A stretch of DNA of 64,000 nt from Candidatus Eiseniibacteriota bacterium (GTDB lineage: Bacteria; Eisenbacteria; RBG-16-71-46). Numbering within the stretch: position 1 is the stretch's first letter; every line of letters begins with the position of its first letter. This document shows, piece after piece, positions 1 to 8,776 of this stretch. The notes under the pieces are model-generated. The model ran no database searches. It was not told the origin of the DNA and saw nothing but the letters and a program-made list of their open reading frames with translations. The DNA lies in assembly GCA_044223005.1 (NCBI GenBank), contig JBGAML010000003.1, positions 262,866 to 326,865 of the forward strand, written 5' to 3'. The translations under genes and the position numbers were made by a program.

Positions 1-1401
1 CTCGACGAGGCGCGGCGGCTCGCGCGCGTGCGGCACCCGAACGTGCTGCAGGTGTTCGGCGTCGACGTGCGCGACGGCATCGCCGGCCTCTGGACCGAAC
101 TCGTGCACGGCGAGACGCTCGAGCAGCTGCTGCTCGCGCGCGGCCGGTTCGGGGCCGAGGAGGCCGCGGCGATCGGGCGCGAACTCTGCCGCGCGCTCGC
201 CGCGGTGCACGCCGCGGGGCTCGTGCACGGCGATCTCAAGCCGGGCAACGTCATGCGCGAGGACGGCGGCCGCATCGTGCTCATGGACTTCGGCTCCGGC
301 TTCGAGCCCGACGACGCGGCGGCACCGGTGGCGACCTCGCCGCTCGCGGCGGCGCCCGAGCGGCTCGCGGGTGATCCGGCGGGCCCCGCGTCGGATCTCT
401 ACTCGCTCGGCGTACTGCTCTTCCGGCTCGTCACCGCACGCTGGCCGGTCGAGGCCCCGACGCTCGAGGCGCTGCGCGCGCGGCACGCGGCGGGCGAGCG
501 CGCGTCGCTGCGCGAGTTGCGCCCCGACCTGCCGAGCGCGTTCGTCGCCGCGGTCGAGTCCGCGCTCGCCGCCGACCCGGCGCGCCGCGTGGCCACGGCG
601 GCGGACCTGGAGCGGCGACTGGGCGGCGCCGCGGCGCCGGTGCCGGCGCCGCCACGCGCGCAGCCGCGGGTGCGCGCGCGTGGCGTCGCCGCGTTCGCGG
701 CGGTGGCCGCACTCGTCGCGGTCGCGTGGTTCGCGTGGCGTCCGCGGCCCGAGCTCCCGGCCCCCGCCGTCACGCGCGACGCCGCCGTCGCGACGCCCAC
801 GTCCGCGCCGGCGCCGGTGACGCCCGCGGCTCCGGTGTCCGGTCGTTCGCGCCCGCTCGCCGACGCGCGGCTCTGGCGGCTGCACGAGGGCGAACGCGAA
901 GGGCTCTCGAGCGGTGGCGCCATCGCGCCCGGAGACCACCTCTGGCTCGCGTACGAGGCCACGGAGCCGCTGCACGTCTACGTGCTCGACGAGGACGACC
1001 ACGGCGAGACGTACGCGCTCTTTCCCGTCGCGGGGACCGATCTCGCGAACCCGCTGCGCGCGCATCGCGCGTTGCGGCTGCCGGGCTCGCGCGAAGGTCG
1101 CGAGTTCGACTGGGTCGTGACGAGCGCCGGCGGGCGCGAGCAAGTGCTCGTCGTCGCGTCGCGCGTGCCGCTGCCCGTGCTGGACCGGCTCGTCGCCGCG
1201 GTGCCCGCCGCCGATTCCGCGCAGCCCGTGCGGTACGCGGCCGTGGGCGAGGGCGCGATCGCGGCGCTGCGCGGCATCGGCGGCATGGCGCCGGCTCCGC
1301 CCGAAGCGCACGAGGGGCGCCTGGGCGCGCTGGCCCGCGAACTCGCGGCCCGGCCCGACTCGAGCGTCCGGGCGTGGCACCTGGTGCTCGCCGGGAAGTG
1401 A
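1..1401 (+). CDS. Ser/Thr protein kinase, 5'-truncated at window edge; kinase domain, one TM helix, Pro-rich linker, extracytoplasmic DUF4384-like domain
   Basis: Frame continues from nt 1 (LDEARRLARVRHPNVLQ...). Hanks kinase motifs HGDLKPGNV and MDFGSG are present. A hydrophobic stretch AFAAVAALVAVAWFAW is followed by a Pro/Ala-rich linker, then LWLAYEATEPLHVYVLDEDDHGETYALFPV, which is DUF4384-like. Third codon positions are G/C-rich. Confidence 0.75.
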   Translation, partial: LDEARRLARVRHPNVLQVFGVDVRDGIAGLWTELVHGETLEQLLLARGRFGAEEAAAIGRELCRALAAVHAAGLVHGDLKPGNVMREDGGRIVLMDFGSGFEPDDAAAPVATSPLAAAPERLAGDPAGPASDLYSLGVLLFRLVTARWPVEAPTLEALRARHAAGERASLRELRPDLPSAFVAAVESALAADPARRVATAADLERRLGGAAAPVPAPPRAQPRVRARGVAAFAAVAALVAVAWFAWRPRPELPAPAVTRDAAVATPTSAPAPVTPAAPVSGRSRPLADARLWRLHEGEREGLSSGGAIAPGDHLWLAYEATEPLHVYVLDEDDHGETYALFPVAGTDLANPLRAHRALRLPGSREGREFDWVVTSAGGREQVLVVASRVPLPVLDRLVAAVPAADSAQPVRYAAVGEGAIAALRGIGGMAPAPPEAHEGRLGALARELAARPDSSVRAWHLVLAGK

Positions 1402-1463
1402 TCCCGGCCGGCCCCGTCGATTTCGCGCTTCGGGCGGCCGTTTCCCGCCGATAATCTCTCGCG

Positions 1464-4400
1464 ATGCGTCTCGCCACGTTCCTGATCGTGCTGGCCCTCG
1501 CCGGAGCGGCACCCGCCGCGGCCCGGGCCAGCCGTGCGCCGTCGGATTCGCTCGCCTTCCGCCCGATCTCGCGGGTGGCGCGCTTCGTCGGATCGGCGAA
1601 GCGCGGACAGTGGACGGTGATGGACAGCCTCGCGCGCGCGGACTGGCAGGAACTCGTGCGCCGCGGGACGCGTGACTCGCTCGAGGTCGCTCGTGCCCTC
1701 GACGCCGTCGTCGAAGCCGGAGCCGCGGCGGGGCGCGCGCGCGACCCGCAGTTGCTGGCACTCGCCGACCGGGCCGTCGCGATCCACCAGCGGATGCCGG
1801 GGCCGGATTCGCTCCTCCTGTCGCGCTCGCTCCTCGCCCGCGGCGAGACGCGTCGCCGCCGCCGCGAGTTCGAGGAGGCGGAGAGCGACTTCGCCCGCAG
1901 CCTCGCGATCCGGGAACATGCGCTGCCCGCGGACGACATCGAAGTCGGCGACGCGCTGCGGTTCTGGGCCCTGCTCGACGCGATCCGTGGGCGCAATCGT
2001 GCGGTGAGCGAGGCCCGCCGGGCACTCGCGATCGCGGAGAAGTACTTCGGCCCGGACGACATGCGCCTGGCGAGCTACCTCTCGGTGCTCGGAGGCGAGC
2101 TCAACAACGACGGTGACCGGCTCGCCGCCTACCACGTGCTCCAGCGCTCGGCCACGATGGCGGAACGCATGCTCGGCCCGGATCACCCCGACACGGACCG
2201 CAGCCGCTACAACGTCGCCCTGCTCGCGATGCTGGTCGGCGACGTGGCCCACGCCCGCACGATGCTGGAGCGCAACGTCGAGTGGGAGTCGACCCACGCG
2301 CCGGTGGATTCGCTCCGGCTGCTCCTGTCGCTCGGTGCGCTCGTCGAGTGCCTCAACACATTCGGGGACCACGAGGAGGCGCTGCGGGTCGACCAGCGCG
2401 TTCGCGCGCTCGGTACCGTGTTGCTCCGCCCCGACGATCCGCAACGCGCCGAGGAGCATGTCCAGCGCGGGAACGCGTTCCTCGGGCTCGGCCGCGGGCG
2501 AGAGGCGGTGGCCGAGTACGACAGCGCGTTCGTGGGGCAGATGTGGGACACGCTGGGCGCGACGCCGATCCTGTTCTCCCGCGCGGCGGCGTGGCGCGCG
2601 GCCGGCGACACGGCACGTGCGCTCGAGACGATCGAACGCGCCTCCCGGCTCGCCGCGCGGGCCGGCGCGCGGGCACCCTCCTTCGACGAGCTGGGCCTCG
2701 TGTGGGGACAGGTGCTGGGCGATGCCGGGCGGTTCCCCGAAGCCCTGAAGGTGCTGGACCAGGCGGTGCAGGTGGCGGACAGCGTCGTCGGGCCGGAGTC
2801 CCCGATGCACGCCTCGCTGGTGCTCGAACGGGCGCGCGTGCGCGCCGCGGTCGGCGACCCGCGCGCGTGGGACGACGCGTGGGCGGGCGCCCGGTTGCGC
2901 GGCGAGCACCTGCGTGCGGCCGCGCGCGGCTTCCCCGAGCGCCAGGCGCTGCTCTACGCGCGTGACGCGGGGCTCGGGCTCGATCCGCTGCTGCAGCTCG
3001 CCGCCGCGGGCGGGCTCGACGCCGGCCGGCGCCGGCAGGTGTTCGAACGCGTCGTGGAATCACGCGCGCTCGTGCTCGACGAGATCGCGCGGCGCGAACA
3101 GCTCGCGCGGCGCGGCGGTGATCCCGGCGTCGCCGCGCGCGTCGATTCGCTCGTCGACGCCCGGGCCGAGCTGGCGCGGCAGCTCGTGCGCGCCGAGGCG
3201 GGCCGGACCGCGGATTCGTTGCGGCTCGAGGCGCGCCTGCGCGCCGAACGCTGCGAGCTCGCGCTCGGCGAAGCGGGCGGCGCCGGCCGCGACGGCGCGG
3301 GATCGCCGCTCGCACGGCTCGCCGCCGGCGAGGCGATCGTCTCGTACGTCGAATACGCCGGGGCCGGCGGCCGTCGCGACGGCGACCGGCGGCTGCTCGC
3401 GATGGTGGCCCGCGCCGACGGGCGCGTGGACGTCGTGGCGCTCGGCGACGCGGCGGCGCTCGAACGCGGCGTCGCCGCGTGGCGCGCCGACGTCGCGGGA
3501 GGCGTGAGCGTCGCGGCCGAGCGGCGCGTGCGCACGAGCGGCGCGGCGTTGCGCCGGCTCGCGTGGGATCCGCTCGCCCCGCTGCTCTCGGGCGTGGAGC
3601 GCGCGTGGATCGTGCCCGACGGTCCGCTCCAACTGGTCGACTTCGCGGCGCTGCCCGCGCGCGACGGGCGCTGGCTCGTGGAATCGGGCCCGCTGCTCGC
3701 GCGGCTGGGCGCCGAGCGCGACCTCGCCGCGCCCGCGGGCGCCGCGGAGACGGACGCCGCGGAGCTGCTCGCGATCGGCGGCCCGGACTTCGACCAGCGC
3801 GACGCCGCGACGCCGGTCTCGGCGACGCGCGGCCCGGCGGTCGCGTGCGTCCGCTTCCGCGAGGTGCGGTTCGGGGCGCTGCCCGGGGCGTCGGAGGAAG
3901 CGCACGACGTCGCGTCGCGCTGGACGGCGGCGGGCCGGCGCGCGCGCGTGCTCGAGGGCCGCGCGGCGGACGAAGCCGCGTTCAAGCGGTTCGCGCCGGA
4001 GTGCTCGGCGCTGCACGTGGCGACGCACGGCTTCTTCCTCGGCCCCGACTGCGACGGCGGCACCGCCGGGACGCGCGGCATCGGCGGGCTCGCGCCCGCA
4101 CCCGCGGCGGCGCTCGCGCCGGTCGCGGCGGACGTGGCCGAGAACCCGCTGCGGCTCGCCGGGCTCGCGTTCTCGGGCGCCAACCATCGCGACGAAGCCG
4201 GTGGCGCCGACGACGGCGTGCTCACCGCCGAGGAGATCGCGTCGCTCGATCTCGCGCGCGTGAGCGAAGTCGTGTTGTCGGCGTGCGAAAGCGGCGTGGG
4301 CGACGTCGCCGCGGGCGAGGGCGTCCTCGGCCTGCAGCGCGCGTTCCGCGTCGCGGGCGCGCGGGCGCTCGTCATGAGCCTGTGGCCGGTGGACGACCAC

Positions 4401-4568
4401 GTCGCACGCGACTGGATGCGGCTCTACTGGGACGCGCGGCTGTCGCGCCACGTCACCGTCGCGGAGGCCGTCCGCGCCGCGTCGCGCGCCCGGCTCGCGG
4501 CGCTGCGAGCCGCGCACCGGCCCACGCCGCCCGCGGCCTGGGCGGGCTTCGTCTCGCAGGGCGACTGA
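1464..4568 (+). CDS. Secreted TPR-repeat protein with C-terminal CHAT (caspase-like) protease domain
   Basis: N-terminal signal peptide MRLATFLIVLALAGAAPAAARA. TPR-like helical repeats span the central region. The C-terminus carries a His/Cys dyad in CHAT context: ALHVATHGFF ... VVLSACESGVGD. Confidence 0.7.
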   Translation: MRLATFLIVLALAGAAPAAARASRAPSDSLAFRPISRVARFVGSAKRGQWTVMDSLARADWQELVRRGTRDSLEVARALDAVVEAGAAAGRARDPQLLALADRAVAIHQRMPGPDSLLLSRSLLARGETRRRRREFEEAESDFARSLAIREHALPADDIEVGDALRFWALLDAIRGRNRAVSEARRALAIAEKYFGPDDMRLASYLSVLGGELNNDGDRLAAYHVLQRSATMAERMLGPDHPDTDRSRYNVALLAMLVGDVAHARTMLERNVEWESTHAPVDSLRLLLSLGALVECLNTFGDHEEALRVDQRVRALGTVLLRPDDPQRAEEHVQRGNAFLGLGRGREAVAEYDSAFVGQMWDTLGATPILFSRAAAWRAAGDTARALETIERASRLAARAGARAPSFDELGLVWGQVLGDAGRFPEALKVLDQAVQVADSVVGPESPMHASLVLERARVRAAVGDPRAWDDAWAGARLRGEHLRAAARGFPERQALLYARDAGLGLDPLLQLAAAGGLDAGRRRQVFERVVESRALVLDEIARREQLARRGGDPGVAARVDSLVDARAELARQLVRAEAGRTADSLRLEARLRAERCELALGEAGGAGRDGAGSPLARLAAGEAIVSYVEYAGAGGRRDGDRRLLAMVARADGRVDVVALGDAAALERGVAAWRADVAGGVSVAAERRVRTSGAALRRLAWDPLAPLLSGVERAWIVPDGPLQLVDFAALPARDGRWLVESGPLLARLGAERDLAAPAGAAETDAAELLAIGGPDFDQRDAATPVSATRGPAVACVRFREVRFGALPGASEEAHDVASRWTAAGRRARVLEGRAADEAAFKRFAPECSALHVATHGFFLGPDCDGGTAGTRGIGGLAPAPAAALAPVAADVAENPLRLAGLAFSGANHRDEAGGADDGVLTAEEIASLDLARVSEVVLSACESGVGDVAAGEGVLGLQRAFRVAGARALVMSLWPVDDHVARDWMRLYWDARLSRHVTVAEAVRAASRARLAALRAAHRPTPPAAWAGFVSQGD

Positions 4569-4638
4569 CGCGGCGCGGGGCCGCCGCGCGGCTCCGCTGT
4601 GGTAGGCTTCCCGGCCGCATCGCACCCGAGGAGTCGCC

Positions 4639-5967
4639 ATGTTCGAGACGCTCACCGACCGCTTCCAGGGCATCATCCGCAACCTCAGCGGCCAGGCCCG
4701 GATCACGCCCGACAACATCCGCGACTCGATGCGCGAGGTGCGCCGGGCGCTGCTCGAGGCCGACGTGCCGGTCGGCGTCGCCAAGGAGTTCGTGGCGCGT
4801 GTCGAGACGCGCGCGGTGGGCGAGGAGGTGCTCAAGCACCTCAAGCCCGGCCAGCAGGTGGTCGGGATCGTGCGCGACGAACTGGTGCGGCTGCTCGGCG
4901 ACCAGCCGGTGACGCTCGCGGGTTCGCCGCACCTGCCGACGGTCGTGCTGCTCGCGGGCCTGCAGGGCTCGGGCAAGACGACGTTCGCGGGCAAGCTCGC
5001 GAAGTGGCTCAAGGCTCGCGGCAAGCGCACGCTGCTCGCGAGCGCCGACGTCTACCGTCCCGCCGCGATCGACCAGCTCGAGCGCGTCGCGGCGCAGGCC
5101 GAGGCGGGCTTCTGGCGCGCGCCCGACGGCACGCCGCCGCGCGACATCGCGGCGCAGGCGCTGGAGGAGGCGCGCAAGCGCGGCTTCGACTTCTTCGTGC
5201 TCGACACCGCGGGCCGCCTGCACGTCGACGACGAGCTCATGAGCGAGCTCGCGACGCTCAAGACCACGGCGCGCGCACACCAGGTGCTGCTCGTGGTCGA
5301 CGGCATGATCGGGCAGGAGTCCGTGCGCGTCGGCCAGGCGTTCGCCGAGCGCGTGGGTGTGGACGGGCTCGTGCTCACCAAGATGGACGGCGACGCGCGC
5401 GGCGGCGCCGCGCTCAGCCTGCGCGAGGTGACGGGCAAGCCGATCCTGTTCCTCGGCGTCGGCGAGAAACTGGAAGGCCTCGAGGTGTTCGACGCCGGCC
5501 GGCTCGCCGGCCGCATCCTCGGCATGGGCGACGTGATCGGCCTCGTCGAGAAGGCGCAGGCCGCCGTCTCCGAGGGCGAGGCACTGCGCATGGCGGAGCG
5601 CATGCGCAAGTCCGAGTTCACGCTCGAGGACTTCCTCGAGCAGCTGCGCTCGGTGCGCAAGCTCGGCCCTCTCGAGGACGTGATCAAGATGCTGCCCGGC
5701 GTGCCGCGCGACGCGGCCGAGAAGCTCGGGCCGCAGAAGGACATGATGAAGCGCTACGAGGCGATCCTGCTCTCGATGACGCTCAAGGAGCGGCGCAACG
5801 CCCGCGTGATCGACGGCAGTCGCCGCCGCCGGATCGCCGCGGGCAGCGGCACCACGGTCACCGACGTGAACCGCCTGCTCAAGGACTTCGAGCAGGCGCG
5901 CGTGATGATGAAGGCCCTGAAGAAGGGCCCGCGGGGACTCGCCGGCCTGCGCGGCCGGATGCGCTGA
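4639..5967 (+). CDS. ffh: Signal recognition particle protein Ffh
   Basis: MFETLTDRFQGIIRNLSG N-domain. SRP GTPase Walker A GLQGSGKTT, plus DTAGR and TKMDGDARGG motifs. C-terminal Met-rich M domain. Confidence 0.95.
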   Translation: MFETLTDRFQGIIRNLSGQARITPDNIRDSMREVRRALLEADVPVGVAKEFVARVETRAVGEEVLKHLKPGQQVVGIVRDELVRLLGDQPVTLAGSPHLPTVVLLAGLQGSGKTTFAGKLAKWLKARGKRTLLASADVYRPAAIDQLERVAAQAEAGFWRAPDGTPPRDIAAQALEEARKRGFDFFVLDTAGRLHVDDELMSELATLKTTARAHQVLLVVDGMIGQESVRVGQAFAERVGVDGLVLTKMDGDARGGAALSLREVTGKPILFLGVGEKLEGLEVFDAGRLAGRILGMGDVIGLVEKAQAAVSEGEALRMAERMRKSEFTLEDFLEQLRSVRKLGPLEDVIKMLPGVPRDAAEKLGPQKDMMKRYEAILLSMTLKERRNARVIDGSRRRRIAAGSGTTVTDVNRLLKDFEQARVMMKALKKGPRGLAGLRGRMR

Positions 5968-6046
5968 GGGCGAGGTGGCTGGTGGCGCACCCTGAAAAGC
6001 GCTCGAATTCGCGACTTTTCGCTCCTCGTGACCCACGGACCCGCGT

Positions 6047-6075
6047 TTGCAAAACCCCCCAGTAACATGCACAAT
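6047..6075 (+). promoter_or_regulatory. Candidate sigma70-like promoter upstream of rpsP (TTGCAA-17nt-CACAAT)
   Basis: Hexamers read directly in the AT-richer ffh-rpsP spacer. The -10 element is weak. The promoter consensus of this lineage is unknown. Confidence 0.2.
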
Positions 6076-6215
6076 GCCGGGCCTTTGCGGGGACCGCGGG
6101 CGCGCTCCCCGGTGTGATGCGCGCCACGTCGATCGCGAGTCCGCCGAAGTCACGAACTGATCACGTCTGGACGGGCCCCGAGGCCCGGTTTCACCTCACC
6201 CGGAGGCAGTACAGC

Positions 6216-6623
6216 ATGGCGGTCGTCATTCGCATGATGCGGGCCGGCGCGAAGAAGCGGCCCTTCTACCGTGTCGTGGTCGCCGATTCGCGGCGCCAGC
6301 GCGATGGTCGTTTCGTCGAGATCCTCGGCTACTACGACCCGATCGCGAAGCCCTTCAACTTCAAGATCGACGAAGAGAAGGTCAAGGGCTGGATCGCGCA
6401 GGGGGCCACGCCGTCGGAGCAGGTCGCATCGCTGCTCCGCCGCAACGGCATCTACGCGTCGCGTCCGAGCAAGCCGCAGGCGAAGAAGGCCGCGGCCCCC
6501 GCGCGCAAGAAGCCGGTCAAGCCTTCGAAGCCCAAGAAGGAAACCGACCGCAAGGCCAAGAACAAGGCCGCGCGCGTGAAGAAGAAGGCCAACCCCAAGA
6601 AGCCGCAGCCCAAGAAGAAGTAG
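6216..6623 (+). CDS. rpsP: 30S ribosomal protein S16 with Lys/Ala/Pro-rich C-terminal tail
   Basis: [42 protein letters not shown] is a canonical S16 N-terminus. GGAGG lies 8 nt upstream of the ATG at 6216. The upstream extension of the ORF-track entry is not supported. Confidence 0.9.
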   Translation: MAVVIRMMRAGAKKRPFYRVVVADSRRQRDGRFVEILGYYDPIAKPFNFKIDEEKVKGWIAQGATPSEQVASLLRRNGIYASRPSKPQAKKAAAPARKKPVKPSKPKKETDRKAKNKAARVKKKANPKKPQPKKK

Positions 6624-6628
6624 TCCGC

Positions 6629-6647
6629 CGCGGCGCTCCGCGCCGCG
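6629..6647 (+). terminator. GC-rich hairpin (8 bp stem, 3 nt loop) just after the rpsP stop; possible terminator
   Basis: CGCGGCGC-TCC-GCGCCGCG inverted repeat read in the sequence. There is no U-tract. Confidence 0.25.
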
Positions 6648-6820
6648 CGAGCGATCGACGCCCCGGTTCCCACGTGGAGCCGGGGCGATTGCTTGGGCGT
6701 GCGCGATCGCTCGTGCGGGGCCCCGCGCGGAGCGGCGTGACGGAGCCGCGCCCGGCCTGCGCAGGCGCGAGAGCGCGGGCTCGCTTGCCCGCGCGGCGTG
6801 CGCCCCGGCATAGTGGGCGC

Positions 6821-7216
6821 ATGCGTTGGTTCTCTCTCAGGCTCCCGCTCGCGGGCGGCGCTCGCGGGCTGCTCGCACTGCCGCTGCTGGCTCTCGCGCT
6901 GCTCGCCGGCTGCTCGCGTCCGCAGGCGGCGTCGACGCCCGCCGCGCGGCCCGACTCGGTGGCCCTGCAGGCGCGCTCGCAGGCGTTGATCGATTCGGGC
7001 AACGCCAGCTTCAAGGCGAAGGACTTCGACGCCGCCGCGCGCCGCTACGCGAGCGCCGTCGCGATCAAGTCCGACGACCCGGCCGCCTACTACGGCCTCG
7101 GCATGGCGCTCTCGCGCCTCGGCCGCGACGAGGAAGCCCGCGCCGCCTACGCCAAGGCCCGCACGCTGCTCGGCCGCGGCGGCGACACGCTGGGGATGAG
7201 CACGCACCAGCGCTGA
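6821..7216 (+). CDS. TPR-repeat lipoprotein
   Basis: Signal peptide with lipobox (LALLAGC). TPR-like repeats (AAYYGLGMALSRLGRDEEARAAYAKA). The start is placed at MRWF (ATG 6821) rather than the upstream ORF-track start. Confidence 0.6.
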   Translation: MRWFSLRLPLAGGARGLLALPLLALALLAGCSRPQAASTPAARPDSVALQARSQALIDSGNASFKAKDFDAAARRYASAVAIKSDDPAAYYGLGMALSRLGRDEEARAAYAKARTLLGRGGDTLGMSTHQR

Positions 7217-7359
7217 TCCGCGCGAGCGCCGGCGCCGCGCTCCCGACCCGCCACGCGCGCACGCCGACGCCGCGTTCCCGGCCCGACGCGCCGAGAGCGC
7301 CGTGACGCGGGCGGCCCATCGCGCGCCCGCGGTTCCCGGCCGCGGCGGTCCCGCTTGCG

Positions 7360-7382
7360 GCAAACAGCGCTTTCTTGTTTGC
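7360..7382 (+). promoter_or_regulatory. Perfect 7-bp inverted repeat GCAAACA-N9-TGTTTGC about 65 nt upstream of serS
   Basis: Read directly in the sequence. It could be an operator-type palindrome or a hairpin. Confidence 0.25.
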
Positions 7383-7446
7383 TCTCGCGGTCCGTCGCAC
7401 GTACGCGTGGCGCGCGCCGCGCCGACCCGAACCCCGGCTGGAACCC

Positions 7447-8727
7447 ATGCTCGACCTCAAGTTCCTGCGCACCCATCGCGACAAAGTCGAAGCCGGCATC
7501 GCCCTCAAGGGCATGACCGTCGACCTGTCGCGCTTCTACCAGATCGAAGAGCGCCGGCTCGCGCTGCTGCACGAGACCGAGCAGCTCAAGGCGCGGCGCA
7601 ACTCGGCCAGCGAAGAGATCGCCACGCTCAAGAAGACCGGGAAGGACGCCTCCGGTCCCATCGCCGAGATGCGCACGCTCGGCGATCGCGTGAAGGAACT
7701 CGACGAGCAGCTGCGCCAGCTCGAGGAGGAGAGCACCAACCTCGCCGCGTGGATCCCGAACCTGCCGCATGCCAGCGTGCCGCCCGGCCAGGACGCCACG
7801 CAGAACCAGCTCGTGCGGCAGGTCGGCGAGCCGCCCAAGTTCGACTTCGAGCCCAAGCCGCACTGGGAGCTCGCCACGAACCTCGGCCTGCTCGACTTCG
7901 AGCGCGCCACCAAGATCGCCGGCTCCGGGTTCCTGCTGTTCACCGGGCGAGGGGCGCGGCTCGAGCGGGCGCTGATCAGCTTCATGCTCGACATGCACAC
8001 CACGAAGCACGGCTACACCGAGTACTCGCCGCCGCACGTCATCCGGCGCGCCGCGCTGCACGGCACCGGCCAGCTGCCCAAGCTCGAAGGCGACATGTAT
8101 CACATCGGTGAGGACGACCTGTTCCTCAACCCGACCGCCGAGGTGCCCGTCACGAACATCTGGCGCGAGGAGATCCTCGAACCCGGCAAGCTGCCGCACT
8201 ACGCGACCGCGTACTGCGCGTCGTACCGGCGCGAGGCCGGTGCCGCCGGGCGCGACACGCGTGGCATGGTGCGCGTGCACCAGTTCGACAAGGTCGAGCT
8301 CGTCAAGATCGTGCCCGCGGAGACCAGCTACGACGAGCATGAAAAGCTCGCGCGCGACGTCGCCGACGTGTTCGAGGCGCTGGAACTGCCGTATCGCGTC
8401 GTGCTGCTCTGCAGCGGCGACATGAGTTTCGCCGCCGCCAAGTGCTACGACTTCGAAGTCTGGTCGCCGGGCACGCAGGGCTGGCTCGAGTGCTCGTCGT
8501 GCTCGAACTTCGAGGACTTCCAGGCGCGCCGCATGGGGCTCCGCTATCGCCGCGAAGCCGGGGCGAAGACCGAGTTCCCGCACACGCTGAACGCGTCGGG
8601 CGTCGCGCTGCCGCGCACGTTCGCGACGCTGCTCGAGAACCACCAGACGGCTTCGGGTTCGGTGCGCATCCCGAAGGCGCTGCAACCCTACCTCGGCGGC
8701 CTGCAGGAACTGACGCCCGAGGGCTGA
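7447..8727 (+). CDS. serS: Seryl-tRNA synthetase
   Basis: MLDLKFLRTHRDKVEAGIALKG N-terminal coiled-coil arm. Class II aaRS core motifs are present (FTGRGARLERALISFMLD..., GYTEYSPPH). Confidence 0.95.
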   Translation: MLDLKFLRTHRDKVEAGIALKGMTVDLSRFYQIEERRLALLHETEQLKARRNSASEEIATLKKTGKDASGPIAEMRTLGDRVKELDEQLRQLEEESTNLAAWIPNLPHASVPPGQDATQNQLVRQVGEPPKFDFEPKPHWELATNLGLLDFERATKIAGSGFLLFTGRGARLERALISFMLDMHTTKHGYTEYSPPHVIRRAALHGTGQLPKLEGDMYHIGEDDLFLNPTAEVPVTNIWREEILEPGKLPHYATAYCASYRREAGAAGRDTRGMVRVHQFDKVELVKIVPAETSYDEHEKLARDVADVFEALELPYRVVLLCSGDMSFAAAKCYDFEVWSPGTQGWLECSSCSNFEDFQARRMGLRYRREAGAKTEFPHTLNASGVALPRTFATLLENHQTASGSVRIPKALQPYLGGLQELTPEG

Positions 8728-8776
8728 GCGGGAGCGGGCCGGCCCCACGGTCGGCCCGCCGCACCCAGGAGAGCCG

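Noticed and set aside
3060-5030. 656-aa minus-strand ORF antisense to the CHAT gene and ffh, and similar antisense ORFs at 2954..4375, 4453..6153, 16620..18995, 26979..28928, 47944..49992 and 52003..53691
   Set aside because: All lie opposite genes with strong family-specific motifs on the other strand. Their translations are low-complexity (R/A/G/P-rich), as expected from GC-skewed non-coding frames.
5968-6215. Possible SRP RNA (ffs) or tRNA between ffh and rpsP
   Set aside because: No GGAAGCAGCC-type SRP RNA domain IV motif and no tRNA-like cloverleaf (GTTC T-loop, acceptor complementarity) could be found by eye.
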